Source of the DNA: Crocosphaera sp.
Lineage (GTDB): Bacteria > Cyanobacteriota > Cyanobacteriia > Cyanobacteriales > Microcystaceae
Length of the DNA stretch: 22,700 nucleotides
Reading direction: 5' to 3'
Assembly: GCA_030064935.1 (NCBI GenBank)
Contig: JASJEA010000140.1
Span: 1-22,700, forward strand
Below the pieces are notes generated by a model. The model was not told the DNA's origin. It ran no database searches and saw only the letters and a list, made by a program, of their open reading frames with translations. Made by a program: the position numbers and the translations under genes. Of the stretch, positions 1 to 8,812 are shown piece after piece; position 1 is the stretch's first letter; each line of letters begins with the position of its first letter.

Positions 1-28
1 GGGGAATGGGGAATGGGGAATGGGGAAT
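1..28. repeat. GGGGAAT heptanucleotide tandem repeat, 4 copies, cut by the window edge
   Basis: Direct read: ggggaat x4 at 1..28. Resembles the short tandem heptamer repeats (STRR-like) common in cyanobacterial intergenic DNA. It lies downstream of the MCP stop codon. Confidence 0.9.
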
Positions 29-84
29 TCTCCATTCTTAATTGGTCTCCATATCTCCTCATCTCAAGGAGTGCAGTCTGTCAA

Positions 85-3000
85 TTAATCGATCTTGAAC
101 TGACTGATATTGGTTTGTAATTCATCAGAGGTGTCTTCTAGTTCCTTAAATGAATCAGAAATCTGAGCCGTTTCTTGGGAAGTCTCCTCAGAGATGGCCG
201 AAACATTAGCCATGACTTGGGTAACAATCTGGAATTGCTGAGTTTGATTGGCAGAAGTGTGACTAATTTCGGCTACCAATTCTTTAATATCGTTGGTGGC
301 ACTCACAATGGCACTAAGACTCTGCTGGGTTTCTCTGACAAGATTGGTTCCATTGACTACTTGAGCAAGTCCGATTTCCATAGCTTCGGTTACATCATTG
401 GTTCCTGTGCGAATTTCATCCACTAAGCGACTAATTTCCGTCGTTGCATTAGCTGACTGATGGGCAAGAGAACGAACTTCATCAGCAACCACACTAAATC
501 CTTTACCCGCTTCACCGGCACGACTGGCTTCGATAGACGCATTAAGAGCGAGTAAATTAGTTTGAGTCGCAAAATTTTCGATCAGGTTAACCACCTTAGT
601 GATCTTTTGGAAGGTTTCTCCGAGACGTTTAATCTTTTTAGCCGTATCAGAAACAGTAGAGCGAATTTCGAGAATTTCATCAACGGTTTTTTCCATCAAA
701 GAGTCCCCGGATTGCACCGTTCGATTAGCTTCCTCAACGGTTTTTTCAACCTTTTTCGCACAAGTTGCGACATCTTCGGTAGAAGATACCATTAATTCCA
801 ACTGGGTTAAAGCTTGTTGTAACTGCTCAACCTGCATTTGTGCTTTTTCAGAAAGTTGAGTTACCAATTCGCTATTTAAGCTAGAGGTATCACTCACCCT
901 AGAAGCGGATATCTGAACCTGTCGAACCAACTGTCGCATACTTTGGACAGTGGTATTGTAGCCATCAGCGATGGTCCCGATTTCATCTTCGGAGAGGGGG
1001 GCGCGGACTGTGAGATCACCTCGGAAGGAAGGTTCTAAAGCCTGAAGCACCCTTAAGGCTCCCTGTTGTAAATTTTCTCTTTGGTTCCGTTCCTTTTCCA
1101 CTAATTCTGAGAGTTGTTCTTCTTGGGAGCGTAATTGACCTAAGTATTCTCCTACCTTCAGAGTCACCCCAAGGTTGATAGCCACTTGTTCGAGGATAGC
1201 CTGTTCTGAATTTTCCCACTGACGAGGGCGATCATTTTGATAAACTCCTAAGAGTCCCCAGAGTTGTTCCCCTTGAAAAATAGGAACCAACAGATAAGCT
1301 TTAGTTTGCCATTGCTCTAGAAGAGAGAGGGGAAAATCATTATCTTCGGCCTGATAAATATCATTAACTTGCAAGCTTTCTCGACGAAGATAACGGCCAC
1401 CTTGATCATCTTGAATCAGACTGTCTTTAACCTCAGCCAATTCTGTGCCAACTAATTTTGGCCAGTTAGCACCAACTGATTCGATCATAAATCTTCCTGA
1501 CCAATCCGAGGCAAAGCGATAAATAGTAACCCGATCAACTTTGAGGACTTGTCGTAGTTCTTTGATGGCAAATTCCATCAATTTTTTGGGCTTATTATTC
1601 TTCTGAATTAATTCAGCAAAACGGCTCATCAAACGGGATGAGAATTGTACCATCGCATTTTCGCGTTGGGAACGTTCTTTTAATTCCTCATTATTGCTTT
1701 GAATTTGTTCGAGAAGTTCTCCTTGTTCAATAGCAATTCCCAGTTGAGGGGCAATCTTGAGCATCAAATTCAGTTCACTGCTTTTCCATTGCCTTGTTCG
1801 AGAATTCTGATAAACGGCCAATAAACCCCAAAGTTGACTATTCTGGAAAATGGGAACAATCATATAAGCCTTGGCCTGATATTTTTCCAGGGAGCGCAGA
1901 TAACAAAAAGAAAACCCTGCATTATAGATATCATTGACCACATTAAATTTTTTGCCGCGAGTATAGTCTCCCCCCTGAGTGTTAATAAAATAGGTATCTT
2001 GATCAAGAGCGGAACCGGCTTGCATATCTTTCAAAGTACATTGCTCATGGGCGTTCATTTCCTTACTAAATAGGCTTGGATCTGTTTGCTGAATTTCCAT
2101 CACCGATACCCATTCTGCTCCGGCTGATTCTGTGACAACTTCCCCTGTCCAATCAGGATTAAAACGATAAACTACAGTACGATCCACTTGTAGCAAGTTA
2201 TGAATTTCTTGGGTTGTACTACGGAAAATTTCCTGAATTTTTAGGGAACTATTAATGCGTTGCACAATATTAGCGATCGCTTCTTCCTGTTTTGCTTGAG
2301 CCTGTAACTCGTCTAAATATTGTTTTTGTTGAATGACGCTGCTAACTTGTACAACAATCCGTTGCAGAAATTCCAGGTCATCTTCCTTCCACAAACGAGT
2401 GTTGGATTGATAGAGATTAATAATTCCCCAGAGTTTCTGGTCAACAAAAATGGGCATTCTCACAAAAGCATTAATCTCTAATCTTTCTAAGACTTCCATC
2501 AGACGTTCTTCTAACCCTGACTGAGTGAGATCATTGACCACAATAGCTTGACCTTTTTTATACCTTTCCCCTTCACTGTTTTGTAGATAAGGATAGGAGT
2601 TTTGGGAAAAAGTGGTTTGAAAACAAGACTCTTGAAGGGCTTTAAATTCTTGATCAAAGGGAGCTTCTACGACATTTTCACCGCTCCAATCAGCATTAAA
2701 ACGATAGATGCTGGTTCTTTCCACATCTAATAATTTACGGGTTTCTTGTGCTGCAATCTCTAAGGCCTTTTCCACAGATAAAGCTGTTTGCATTCGTGCC
2801 ACCATCTGAGCGACACTTCTTTGCCGAAAGACGGTTTTTTCTAGTTCAGCAAATTGTTGATTTTGTTGAATACCAATGCCGATTTGTAAACCCAGTTGTC
2901 TGAGTAGATCAATCTCTTCTTTTTGCCATTTACGACAACCGGAATTTTGATAAACAGCCACTAACCCCCAGAGCTTTTTATCCGTATTCATATTGCCAAT

Positions 3001-4194
3001 AAAAATGGGAGCGATGGCATAAGCTCTGGCTTCAAATTGTTCGAGTAAAGCGATATGACAGGCTTGATGTCCTACCGTATAAATATCATCCACAGCAAAA
3101 CATTCACCATGTTTATAACGGCCCCCTTGATTTTCTTGCAAAAAGGTGTCGTTGACAACCAAAATTGTATCAATCAATTTTGACCACCCCGCACCCACCG
3201 ACTCAGCAATAAATCTACCCCCCCAATCTTCATCAAAACGATAAACCGCCAAGCGATCTGCTTGCAATAATTTTCTGCCTTCATAAGTGGCAATTTGGAA
3301 GATTCTTTGATCTTCTTTGGCATTACGAATCTGCTCAAGCATCTTCTCTAATGCTTTTTCCCGCTTGACGGCCTTATTTCGTTGTTGTTCTTGAAATTGA
3401 CTGTTACGGATAAAGGCAGTTTGTTGTAGGGGAATACGAAATTGAGCCGCAGCATTGAGCATTAGCCTTAATTCCGATTCCTGCCAATTACGAGGGGTGG
3501 CATTTTGATAAGCACCTAAGACTCCCACAAGCTGATCATTGTATTTGATAGGAACAACTATATAAGCTTTGGCTTCCAAGGTTTGGAGAGCTTCCATCAA
3601 ACAAAGGGCAAACCCTTTGGTAGAGATATCATTGACAACGTAGTAAGGTTTGCAGTTGGCTTCGGTTAAATTGTAATCAAGATCAAAGGAAGAGCCTGCT
3701 TTTGACCAACGAGCATCCACTGACTCAGCCAAAACTTGACCACTGCCATCAGGATTAAACCCATAGACTAATACCCGATCCGCTTGTAGGGATTTGCGCA
3801 GTTGATTGAGGCCCTCTTCCATGCTCTGTTGTGCTTGCTGGTTAATATTGTTCAACCAGTTGGCACCGTTGAGTTCAAAGTTAAGAACAGAAAGAGAACT
3901 AACTTCTTGATAGTTGGCTTCCAAAGTAGCCAGATGGGTTTCCTTATCCTGTTTGTTTTCTTGATGGGAAAAATGGTCTGCATTCATGGTTAATTGCTCA
4001 GAGTTGTCTCCATTGTTTTGAGGATGGCCATTTTGCTCTTCTTCGAGTTGTCCCTTAATAAGCAGATTGTCTTGAGGATGACTATTTTGCTCTTCTTCGA
4101 GTTGTCCCTTGAGAAGCAGATTGTCTTGAGGATGTCCATTATTTTGTTTCTCAGATTGTTGATTAGAGGAATCGAAAATCCAGTTTAATACCAT
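85..4194 (-). CDS. pixJ: Soluble multi-GAF methyl-accepting chemotaxis protein, a PixJ/TaxD1-like candidate phototaxis photoreceptor
   Basis: 1369-aa ORF. The C-terminus carries a HAMP-like segment and the conserved MCP signalling hairpin ([33 protein letters not shown]). There are five GAF-like modules, each with a DR..(V/I)YRF... start and a (V/I)VPI...LWG.L..YQN end. No hydrophobic TM segment is visible. It is last in a patA-like/cheY/cheW/MCP operon, the same order as the Synechocystis pixGHIJ (tax1) locus. Confidence 0.9.
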   Translation of the reverse strand: MVLNWIFDSSNQQSEKQNNGHPQDNLLLKGQLEEEQNSHPQDNLLIKGQLEEEQNGHPQNNGDNSEQLTMNADHFSHQENKQDKETHLATLEANYQEVSSLSVLNFELNGANWLNNINQQAQQSMEEGLNQLRKSLQADRVLVYGFNPDGSGQVLAESVDARWSKAGSSFDLDYNLTEANCKPYYVVNDISTKGFALCLMEALQTLEAKAYIVVPIKYNDQLVGVLGAYQNATPRNWQESELRLMLNAAAQFRIPLQQTAFIRNSQFQEQQRNKAVKREKALEKMLEQIRNAKEDQRIFQIATYEGRKLLQADRLAVYRFDEDWGGRFIAESVGAGWSKLIDTILVVNDTFLQENQGGRYKHGECFAVDDIYTVGHQACHIALLEQFEARAYAIAPIFIGNMNTDKKLWGLVAVYQNSGCRKWQKEEIDLLRQLGLQIGIGIQQNQQFAELEKTVFRQRSVAQMVARMQTALSVEKALEIAAQETRKLLDVERTSIYRFNADWSGENVVEAPFDQEFKALQESCFQTTFSQNSYPYLQNSEGERYKKGQAIVVNDLTQSGLEERLMEVLERLEINAFVRMPIFVDQKLWGIINLYQSNTRLWKEDDLEFLQRIVVQVSSVIQQKQYLDELQAQAKQEEAIANIVQRINSSLKIQEIFRSTTQEIHNLLQVDRTVVYRFNPDWTGEVVTESAGAEWVSVMEIQQTDPSLFSKEMNAHEQCTLKDMQAGSALDQDTYFINTQGGDYTRGKKFNVVNDIYNAGFSFCYLRSLEKYQAKAYMIVPIFQNSQLWGLLAVYQNSRTRQWKSSELNLMLKIAPQLGIAIEQGELLEQIQSNNEELKERSQRENAMVQFSSRLMSRFAELIQKNNKPKKLMEFAIKELRQVLKVDRVTIYRFASDWSGRFMIESVGANWPKLVGTELAEVKDSLIQDDQGGRYLRRESLQVNDIYQAEDNDFPLSLLEQWQTKAYLLVPIFQGEQLWGLLGVYQNDRPRQWENSEQAILEQVAINLGVTLKVGEYLGQLRSQEEQLSELVEKERNQRENLQQGALRVLQALEPSFRGDLTVRAPLSEDEIGTIADGYNTTVQSMRQLVRQVQISASRVSDTSSLNSELVTQLSEKAQMQVEQLQQALTQLELMVSSTEDVATCAKKVEKTVEEANRTVQSGDSLMEKTVDEILEIRSTVSDTAKKIKRLGETFQKITKVVNLIENFATQTNLLALNASIEASRAGEAGKGFSVVADEVRSLAHQSANATTEISRLVDEIRTGTNDVTEAMEIGLAQVVNGTNLVRETQQSLSAIVSATNDIKELVAEISHTSANQTQQFQIVTQVMANVSAISEETSQETAQISDSFKELEDTSDELQTNISQFKID
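2273..2280. repeat. HIP1 octamer GCGATCGC
   Basis: Direct read, within the MCP gene. Confidence 0.95.
4018..4140 (-). repeat. In-frame 54-bp tandem repeat (2 full copies plus a partial third) inside the 5' end of the MCP gene
   Basis: Copies at 4018..4071 and 4072..4125 differ at a few positions, and a partial copy starts at 4126. They encode [18 protein letters not shown] / [18 protein letters not shown] / NGHPQNN... Confidence 0.9.
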
Positions 4195-4216
4195 GTTTTT
4201 TTTAATCCTTATTTAT

Positions 4217-4738
4217 TTAAAATGAATCAATTGTTTGCATAATAGAATCAATATCTAAGACGATCCACGTTTTCTCTGGAGCATTAACAAAATAACCCTG
4301 AGCTAAAAAACATAGTTCCTGAGCAAACATTCCTTCTGGAATGGGTAGACATTGCTGGGGGTTGAATATTTCAACCGTCTTGATCTCTTCAATCAATAAG
4401 CCAATGGTTTCCCCCTTCCAGGGAACCAACAAAGCCATCCCAGACTCGGCAATGGTTTCTCCTTCGCACCAGTGAGAAGCTCCCCATAAACTGCCTAAAT
4501 CGACGATCCAGGTTGCTTTTCCTCGCCAATTAATAATTCCCAATAGGGGTTGAGGGACTTCTGGTACGGGTAAAATATTTTGCACTGCTAAAGGATAAAC
4601 CTCTTGCAATGCACCCAAGGGCAGTAAACCATCTGTGGTTGAATTAAGGGGAAACCGTAAAAATTTCTGGCCGTCTTCTGGCTGGCTCAATTGGGGATTG
4701 AGATCAAATACCGAGACACTTTCAGCGATTTGTAGCAC
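4217..4738 (-). CDS. pixI: CheW-like coupling protein
   Basis: 173 aa with a CheW-like core (LLGIINWRGKATWIVDLGSL ... ETIGLLIEEI). GTG start preceded by AAGGAG. 10-nt gap from the cheY stop and 22-nt gap to the MCP start. Confidence 0.85.
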   Translation of the reverse strand: MLQIAESVSVFDLNPQLSQPEDGQKFLRFPLNSTTDGLLPLGALQEVYPLAVQNILPVPEVPQPLLGIINWRGKATWIVDLGSLWGASHWCEGETIAESGMALLVPWKGETIGLLIEEIKTVEIFNPQQCLPIPEGMFAQELCFLAQGYFVNAPEKTWIVLDIDSIMQTIDSF

Positions 4739-4748
4739 CTTTTTCTCC

Positions 4749-5111
4749 TTAACCGATTAATTGATTAATGGTTTGCTGAAACGTCTCTTCATTGACTGGT
4801 TTGGTTAAGTAAGCATCGGCCCCGCTCATACTGGCCCAGGTTTTATCGATCTCCTTATTCTTGGTTGAACAAATTACCACTGGAATTTTTTGAGTTACGG
4901 GATCGGCTTTGAGCTTACGACAGAGTTCAAAGCCACTTTCTCCAGGTAAAATAACATCCAAAACAATTAAACGGGGTTTTTCTTGTTTGAGTCTCAATTC
5001 GGCTTCTTCTCCGCTAGTTACTCCTAAGACGGATAATCCCTGCTTTTGTAAGTAGCGGGTTAACTTTTCAGCTTCGACTCGACTATCTTCAACTAAAAGA
5101 ATGTGACTCAT
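4749..5111 (-). CDS. pixH: Single-domain CheY-like response regulator
   Basis: 120 aa with all receiver signature residues: LLVEDS acidic pocket, phospho-acceptor in LIVLDVILP, VVICST, LTKP. Confidence 0.9.
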   Translation of the reverse strand: MSHILLVEDSRVEAEKLTRYLQKQGLSVLGVTSGEEAELRLKQEKPRLIVLDVILPGESGFELCRKLKADPVTQKIPVVICSTKNKEIDKTWASMSGADAYLTKPVNEETFQQTINQLIG

Positions 5112-6283
5112 GGTGATTCCTTGTGGGTAGATTGGGTTAAATGCTTGTTCAATACTTTGAGCAATTCGGGGACTTTCACGGGTTTAGATAAAAAATCATT
5201 AGCCCCAACCATTTTGGCTCTCATGCGATCTACTAAACCATCTTTCCCAGTTAAAATGACCACGGGTACATCTTTGAGGCTGGGGGTTTTTCGCAATTGA
5301 GTACAAAGCTCATAACCGTTGGTTATGGGCATGACTAAGTCCAAAAAAATCAGATCGGGTTTGTTTTTTAAAAAGGAGGGAATTGCTTTCAATGGCTCTT
5401 GAATGCCAACAAAACTAAAACCTTGTGTGTTGATTATTCTCTCTAAAGCTCGACAAACTCCAGCACTATCATCGACACAAGCAATTAAGGTTTTCGCGTT
5501 GTTTAGCACCCCGTGATTTTTTCGATTCTTGGGGACTTTACAAAAGCTGATGGCTTTGAGCTTGACTAAGGGAAGCAGACACAGCATGACGGTAGCCAGA
5601 TCTAAATCCTTTGTCAGTGCTAAACTTCGCACATTCGTCATCCCATCTATGAGGGCAATAATTGACAACTGACTTTCAGACAAATTCTCATTAGAAATAA
5701 GTTCTGCCTGCTTAATCACAAGAAAAAGGTTGGGGGAATAACCTGCTAAACCCTTATTTTGCCATTGTTGCCAAGTTTTTAAGCTCTCTTTAAGGGTGGG
5801 TATTACCTCAATCATAGGTAAGATCATGGTATGCTTGTTACTCGAATCATCCCTAGTAATCTCGTAGGATAAGCAGTTGCCATTTATTTGACTCGATTGG
5901 ATTAAGTCAAAGAGGATTTCCCTGGTAACACTTAACATCAATTCAGTTAACTGTTGCCGTTGAACTAAACCTTGATTGAGCAGTTGAACTAGGATGCTAC
6001 ATCGATCTTGTGTATTTTGTGTTGTACCTATCTCATTTAATGGAGGACCTTTCAATTGAGGGACGAATATCCCTAAATGTCTTTGCCATCTTTCTTGCGA
6101 GTTAGTTCCACCGTCTGACCAACTTAAACGCCCTAGACGCAACCATAAGATCCAGTTTTGATCATTACCTACGTTGATTTGCAAGCTCCCACTAAATGTA
6201 AGGTTTGTCAGTTCTTGTAACTGAACCAATAATTGTTTTAACCCTACGTTTGTCTGTTTTATGGTTTTTTCAACCTCTAACAT
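5108..6283 (-). CDS. pixG: PatA-type response regulator (PATAN/DUF4388-like N-domain plus C-terminal receiver)
   Basis: 391 aa. The C-terminal receiver reads LIACVDDS ... DLIFLDLVMP ... VVILTGKDG ... FLSKPV, after a non-receiver N-domain of about 260 aa. Its TGA overlaps the cheY ATG (ATGA at 5108..5111), which suggests translational coupling. It is the first gene of the operon. Confidence 0.8.
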   Translation of the reverse strand: MLEVEKTIKQTNVGLKQLLVQLQELTNLTFSGSLQINVGNDQNWILWLRLGRLSWSDGGTNSQERWQRHLGIFVPQLKGPPLNEIGTTQNTQDRCSILVQLLNQGLVQRQQLTELMLSVTREILFDLIQSSQINGNCLSYEITRDDSSNKHTMILPMIEVIPTLKESLKTWQQWQNKGLAGYSPNLFLVIKQAELISNENLSESQLSIIALIDGMTNVRSLALTKDLDLATVMLCLLPLVKLKAISFCKVPKNRKNHGVLNNAKTLIACVDDSAGVCRALERIINTQGFSFVGIQEPLKAIPSFLKNKPDLIFLDLVMPITNGYELCTQLRKTPSLKDVPVVILTGKDGLVDRMRAKMVGANDFLSKPVKVPELLKVLNKHLTQSTHKESP

Positions 6284-6515
6284 AATTTAGCTTCGGTTTA
6301 GCTTGATGTGTAACATTAATATTCCCTAAATGTCACAAATAACTAACAACAAAGCCGATAAAATTTTTTTATATAATCAATCTATTCTTACGGACTAATG
6401 AGAGAAGAAAATAGGGGGAGGCTTCTTCGGTTAAAAAGTTCCTCCCCTCAACGCTTGAACAGGTGCCAAGCTATTTCGACCGTTGGCCTGTTTTGTTTGT
6501 TCCCCAAATTTTCTG

Positions 6516-7499
6516 ATGAATAAGAATGATACTCCTTTGATCAATCCTTTGAGTGTAGCCCCGATGATGGACTATACTGATCGCCATTTTCGCTATTTCA
6601 TGCGTCAAATCACCCGTCATACCTTACTGTACACAGAAATGATTGTCACGGAGGCCATCAAATACGGCGATCGCTCAAAATTATTAGACTTTTCTCCTCA
6701 GGAAAAACCTTTATCTTTACAGTTAGGTGGAGATAACCCCCAAGCATTGGCGGAATGCGCTATCATTGCTCAAGACTGGGGTTATGATGAGGTCAACCTA
6801 AATGTGGGTTGTCCTAGTGATCGAGTTCAAAGTGGTCATTTTGGGGCCTGTTTGATGGCCAACCCTAATTTAGTGGCTAAAGCTGTGGAAAAGATGCAGC
6901 AAGGGGTGAATATTCCTGTTACCGTGAAGCATCGCATTGGCATTGATAACTGGGATCGCTACGAGGATATGGCTGAGTTTGTGCGCATTGTTTCTCAGGC
7001 AGGATGTCAACGGTTTACGGTACACGCACGAAAAGCATGGTTAAAGGGGTTAAGTCCGAAAGAAAATCGCAATATTCCCCCTCTAAGATATGAGGATGTT
7101 TATCGTCTCAAGGAGGCTTTTCCTCACCTATTAATTGAAATTAATGGGGGTATTATTAATCTCGAACAAGTTCAGCATCATTTACAGTTTGTTGATGCTG
7201 TTATGATTGGCCGTGCAGCTTATGATAATCCTTATTTATTTGCTACAGTTGATCGGGATATTTATCAACAAGATGTGAGCCCACTCACTCGTCATCAAGT
7301 TATCGAAAATATGTTACCTTATATCGATTACTGGGTCAGTAGTGGGGTAAAACTTCATCGTATGAGTCGTCATTTGTTAGCTATTTTTTCAGGTATTCCA
7401 GGAACCAAAAAATGGAAACGTCATATTAGCGAAAATGCTCATTTACCGCGGGCAGATTCTCAAGTTATTGTTGACGCTTTAAAGCAAGTTGATTGTTAA
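6516..7499 (+). CDS. dusA: tRNA-dihydrouridine synthase A
   Basis: Dus-family TIM-barrel motifs: APMMDYTDRHFRYF, NLNVGCPSDRVQSGHFGACLM (catalytic Cys loop), VKHRIGID, NGGI. The track ORF starts at TTG 6483. I prefer ATG 6516 (MNKNDTPL...), which gives about 328 aa. Confidence 0.9.
   Translation: MNKNDTPLINPLSVAPMMDYTDRHFRYFMRQITRHTLLYTEMIVTEAIKYGDRSKLLDFSPQEKPLSLQLGGDNPQALAECAIIAQDWGYDEVNLNVGCPSDRVQSGHFGACLMANPNLVAKAVEKMQQGVNIPVTVKHRIGIDNWDRYEDMAEFVRIVSQAGCQRFTVHARKAWLKGLSPKENRNIPPLRYEDVYRLKEAFPHLLIEINGGIINLEQVQHHLQFVDAVMIGRAAYDNPYLFATVDRDIYQQDVSPLTRHQVIENMLPYIDYWVSSGVKLHRMSRHLLAIFSGIPGTKKWKRHISENAHLPRADSQVIVDALKQVDC
6667..6674. repeat. HIP1 octamer GCGATCGC
   Basis: Direct read, within dusA. 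Confidence 0.95.
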
Positions 7500-7506
7500 A
7501 TTAGGT

Positions 7507-8796
7507 TTATTTCTTCAAGACTCTAGCCATTTCATTCTTGGCCTGTTTCATGAAAATTACAGGTTCCTGATTACTACTGAGTGCCTGATGGAGATAATTT
7601 TGTAAAATTTCTGAAACTTTTTGATATTCGGCAATATTCGGACGCAAAACTGTTTGATTTAAGCTTTGTTCAATAATTGGATAATGGTTATATTTTTTAA
7701 CCAATTGGGGATCATGAAATAAAACTTTCCTGGAGGGAATATATCCTCCTAATGCCAACTGACGTTGAGAAGCTAAACTGGTAAAAAATTGAATCGCTTT
7801 CCAAGCTGCATGGGGATGTTTACTTTTTTTAGTAATACCTAAACCCCATCCTCCTTGACAACTCCAAGATTGGGCAGCATCATTAACTTTCGGCATTAAT
7901 GTTACTCCTACTTTACCATGAATCGGAGAATTACTATCATTAAACCATTGCCAAGCTTGTGGCCAATGACGGAGAAAAAGAGTTTTTCTGTTCATAAATT
8001 TAGCTCTGGTATCTTTTTCTTCATCTGATAAAACTGATTTGGGTGAAACCCCTTTTTTAATTAACTGTCGCAATAAATTAATAGCCTCAAGTGCTGGTTT
8101 TTCAGTTAAGCCAATTTCTTGTGATTTATTAATCCAAAATCCATCATATCCTTGTAACAATTCAACAAACATGGCAATAGAAGCTTCATATTGTCTTCCC
8201 TGCCACAAGTAACCATTTTCTATTTTGTTTTGCTTTTTTAAATGGTTAGAAATACAAATAATATCTCTAAAAGTTAAATTATTAAGCTTGAAATCACCGC
8301 AAGATTTAGATAGTTCATCATCCATTAGGTTTAATATATCTTGACGATAATATAAAAGACTAACATCAGATATTAAGGGAATACGATATAATTGATTGTC
8401 ATAAGAGCCGGTGTTTAAATCCTTCTTGAAAAAATCCTCATACAGTTGTTTTTTATCCTCTTGAGAAAGAAATTGATCAAGATTTTGTAACCATCCATTT
8501 TTAGCCCATTCGGATGTCCAAATTACATCTAAATAAACTAAATCATAATAATTAGGATTTTCTTTAAGTTTGTCGATATATTGGTTAAATAAAATATTAG
8601 ATATATTAGAACCTGTTTCTAGATCAATGGTAATATGAGGATTATTTCTTTCAAATCTTTCAATTAAAGGTTGCCAATAAACGGCTTCTTCATCAGGAAT
8701 CAATAATCTTAAAGTAGTTTTATTTAAACTACAAGTAATCAACAAGAATATCATAGAAAATAATAATAAAAAACGAATAAATCTATTCTGAAACAT
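7507..8796 (-). CDS. Extracellular solute-binding protein (family 1, sugar-type ABC SBP), predicted lipoprotein, orphan
   Basis: 429 aa. N-terminal signal peptide with lipobox (FLLITC). SBP_bac_1-like motifs: YDLVYLDVIWTSEWAKNGWLQNLD, YRIPLISDVSLLYYRQD, GGWGLGITKKSKHPHAAW. No permease or ATPase gene is nearby. Starts 16 nt after the WD40 gene stop. Very AT-rich. Confidence 0.8.
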   Translation of the reverse strand: MFQNRFIRFLLLFSMIFLLITCSLNKTTLRLLIPDEEAVYWQPLIERFERNNPHITIDLETGSNISNILFNQYIDKLKENPNYYDLVYLDVIWTSEWAKNGWLQNLDQFLSQEDKKQLYEDFFKKDLNTGSYDNQLYRIPLISDVSLLYYRQDILNLMDDELSKSCGDFKLNNLTFRDIICISNHLKKQNKIENGYLWQGRQYEASIAMFVELLQGYDGFWINKSQEIGLTEKPALEAINLLRQLIKKGVSPKSVLSDEEKDTRAKFMNRKTLFLRHWPQAWQWFNDSNSPIHGKVGVTLMPKVNDAAQSWSCQGGWGLGITKKSKHPHAAWKAIQFFTSLASQRQLALGGYIPSRKVLFHDPQLVKKYNHYPIIEQSLNQTVLRPNIAEYQKVSEILQNYLHQALSSNQEPVIFMKQAKNEMARVLKK

Positions 8797-8812
8797 AGTA
8801 AGATAATCTTAA

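Noticed and set aside
175-4188. Seven plus-strand ORFs of 63-86 aa (175..426, 562..795, 599..859, 1834..2073, 3802..3993, 3994..4188) and the minus-strand off-frame ORF 1016..1219, all inside the MCP gene
   Set aside because: All lie wholly within a 1369-aa ORF that has strong domain evidence. Their translations are low-complexity with no motifs, so they are shadow ORFs.
5103-5300. 65-aa plus-strand ORF across the pixG/pixH junction
   Set aside because: It is antisense to two well-supported receiver-domain genes and has no recognisable features.
6414-6448. Hairpin gggggagg-N19-cctcccct in the pixG/dusA divergent region as a terminator
   Set aside because: Both flanking genes start there rather than end there. 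The loop is long (19 nt) and no T-run follows. At most it is a minor regulatory structure.
6483-6515. N-terminal extensions from non-ATG starts in the ORF track (dusA 6483, DUF4168 15029, kinase 15862, small protein 18690, NTPase 13954)
   Set aside because: The extensions add non-conserved-looking residues ahead of in-frame ATGs where family-typical N-termini begin. I kept the alternatives in the feature notes because the true starts cannot be proven from sequence alone.
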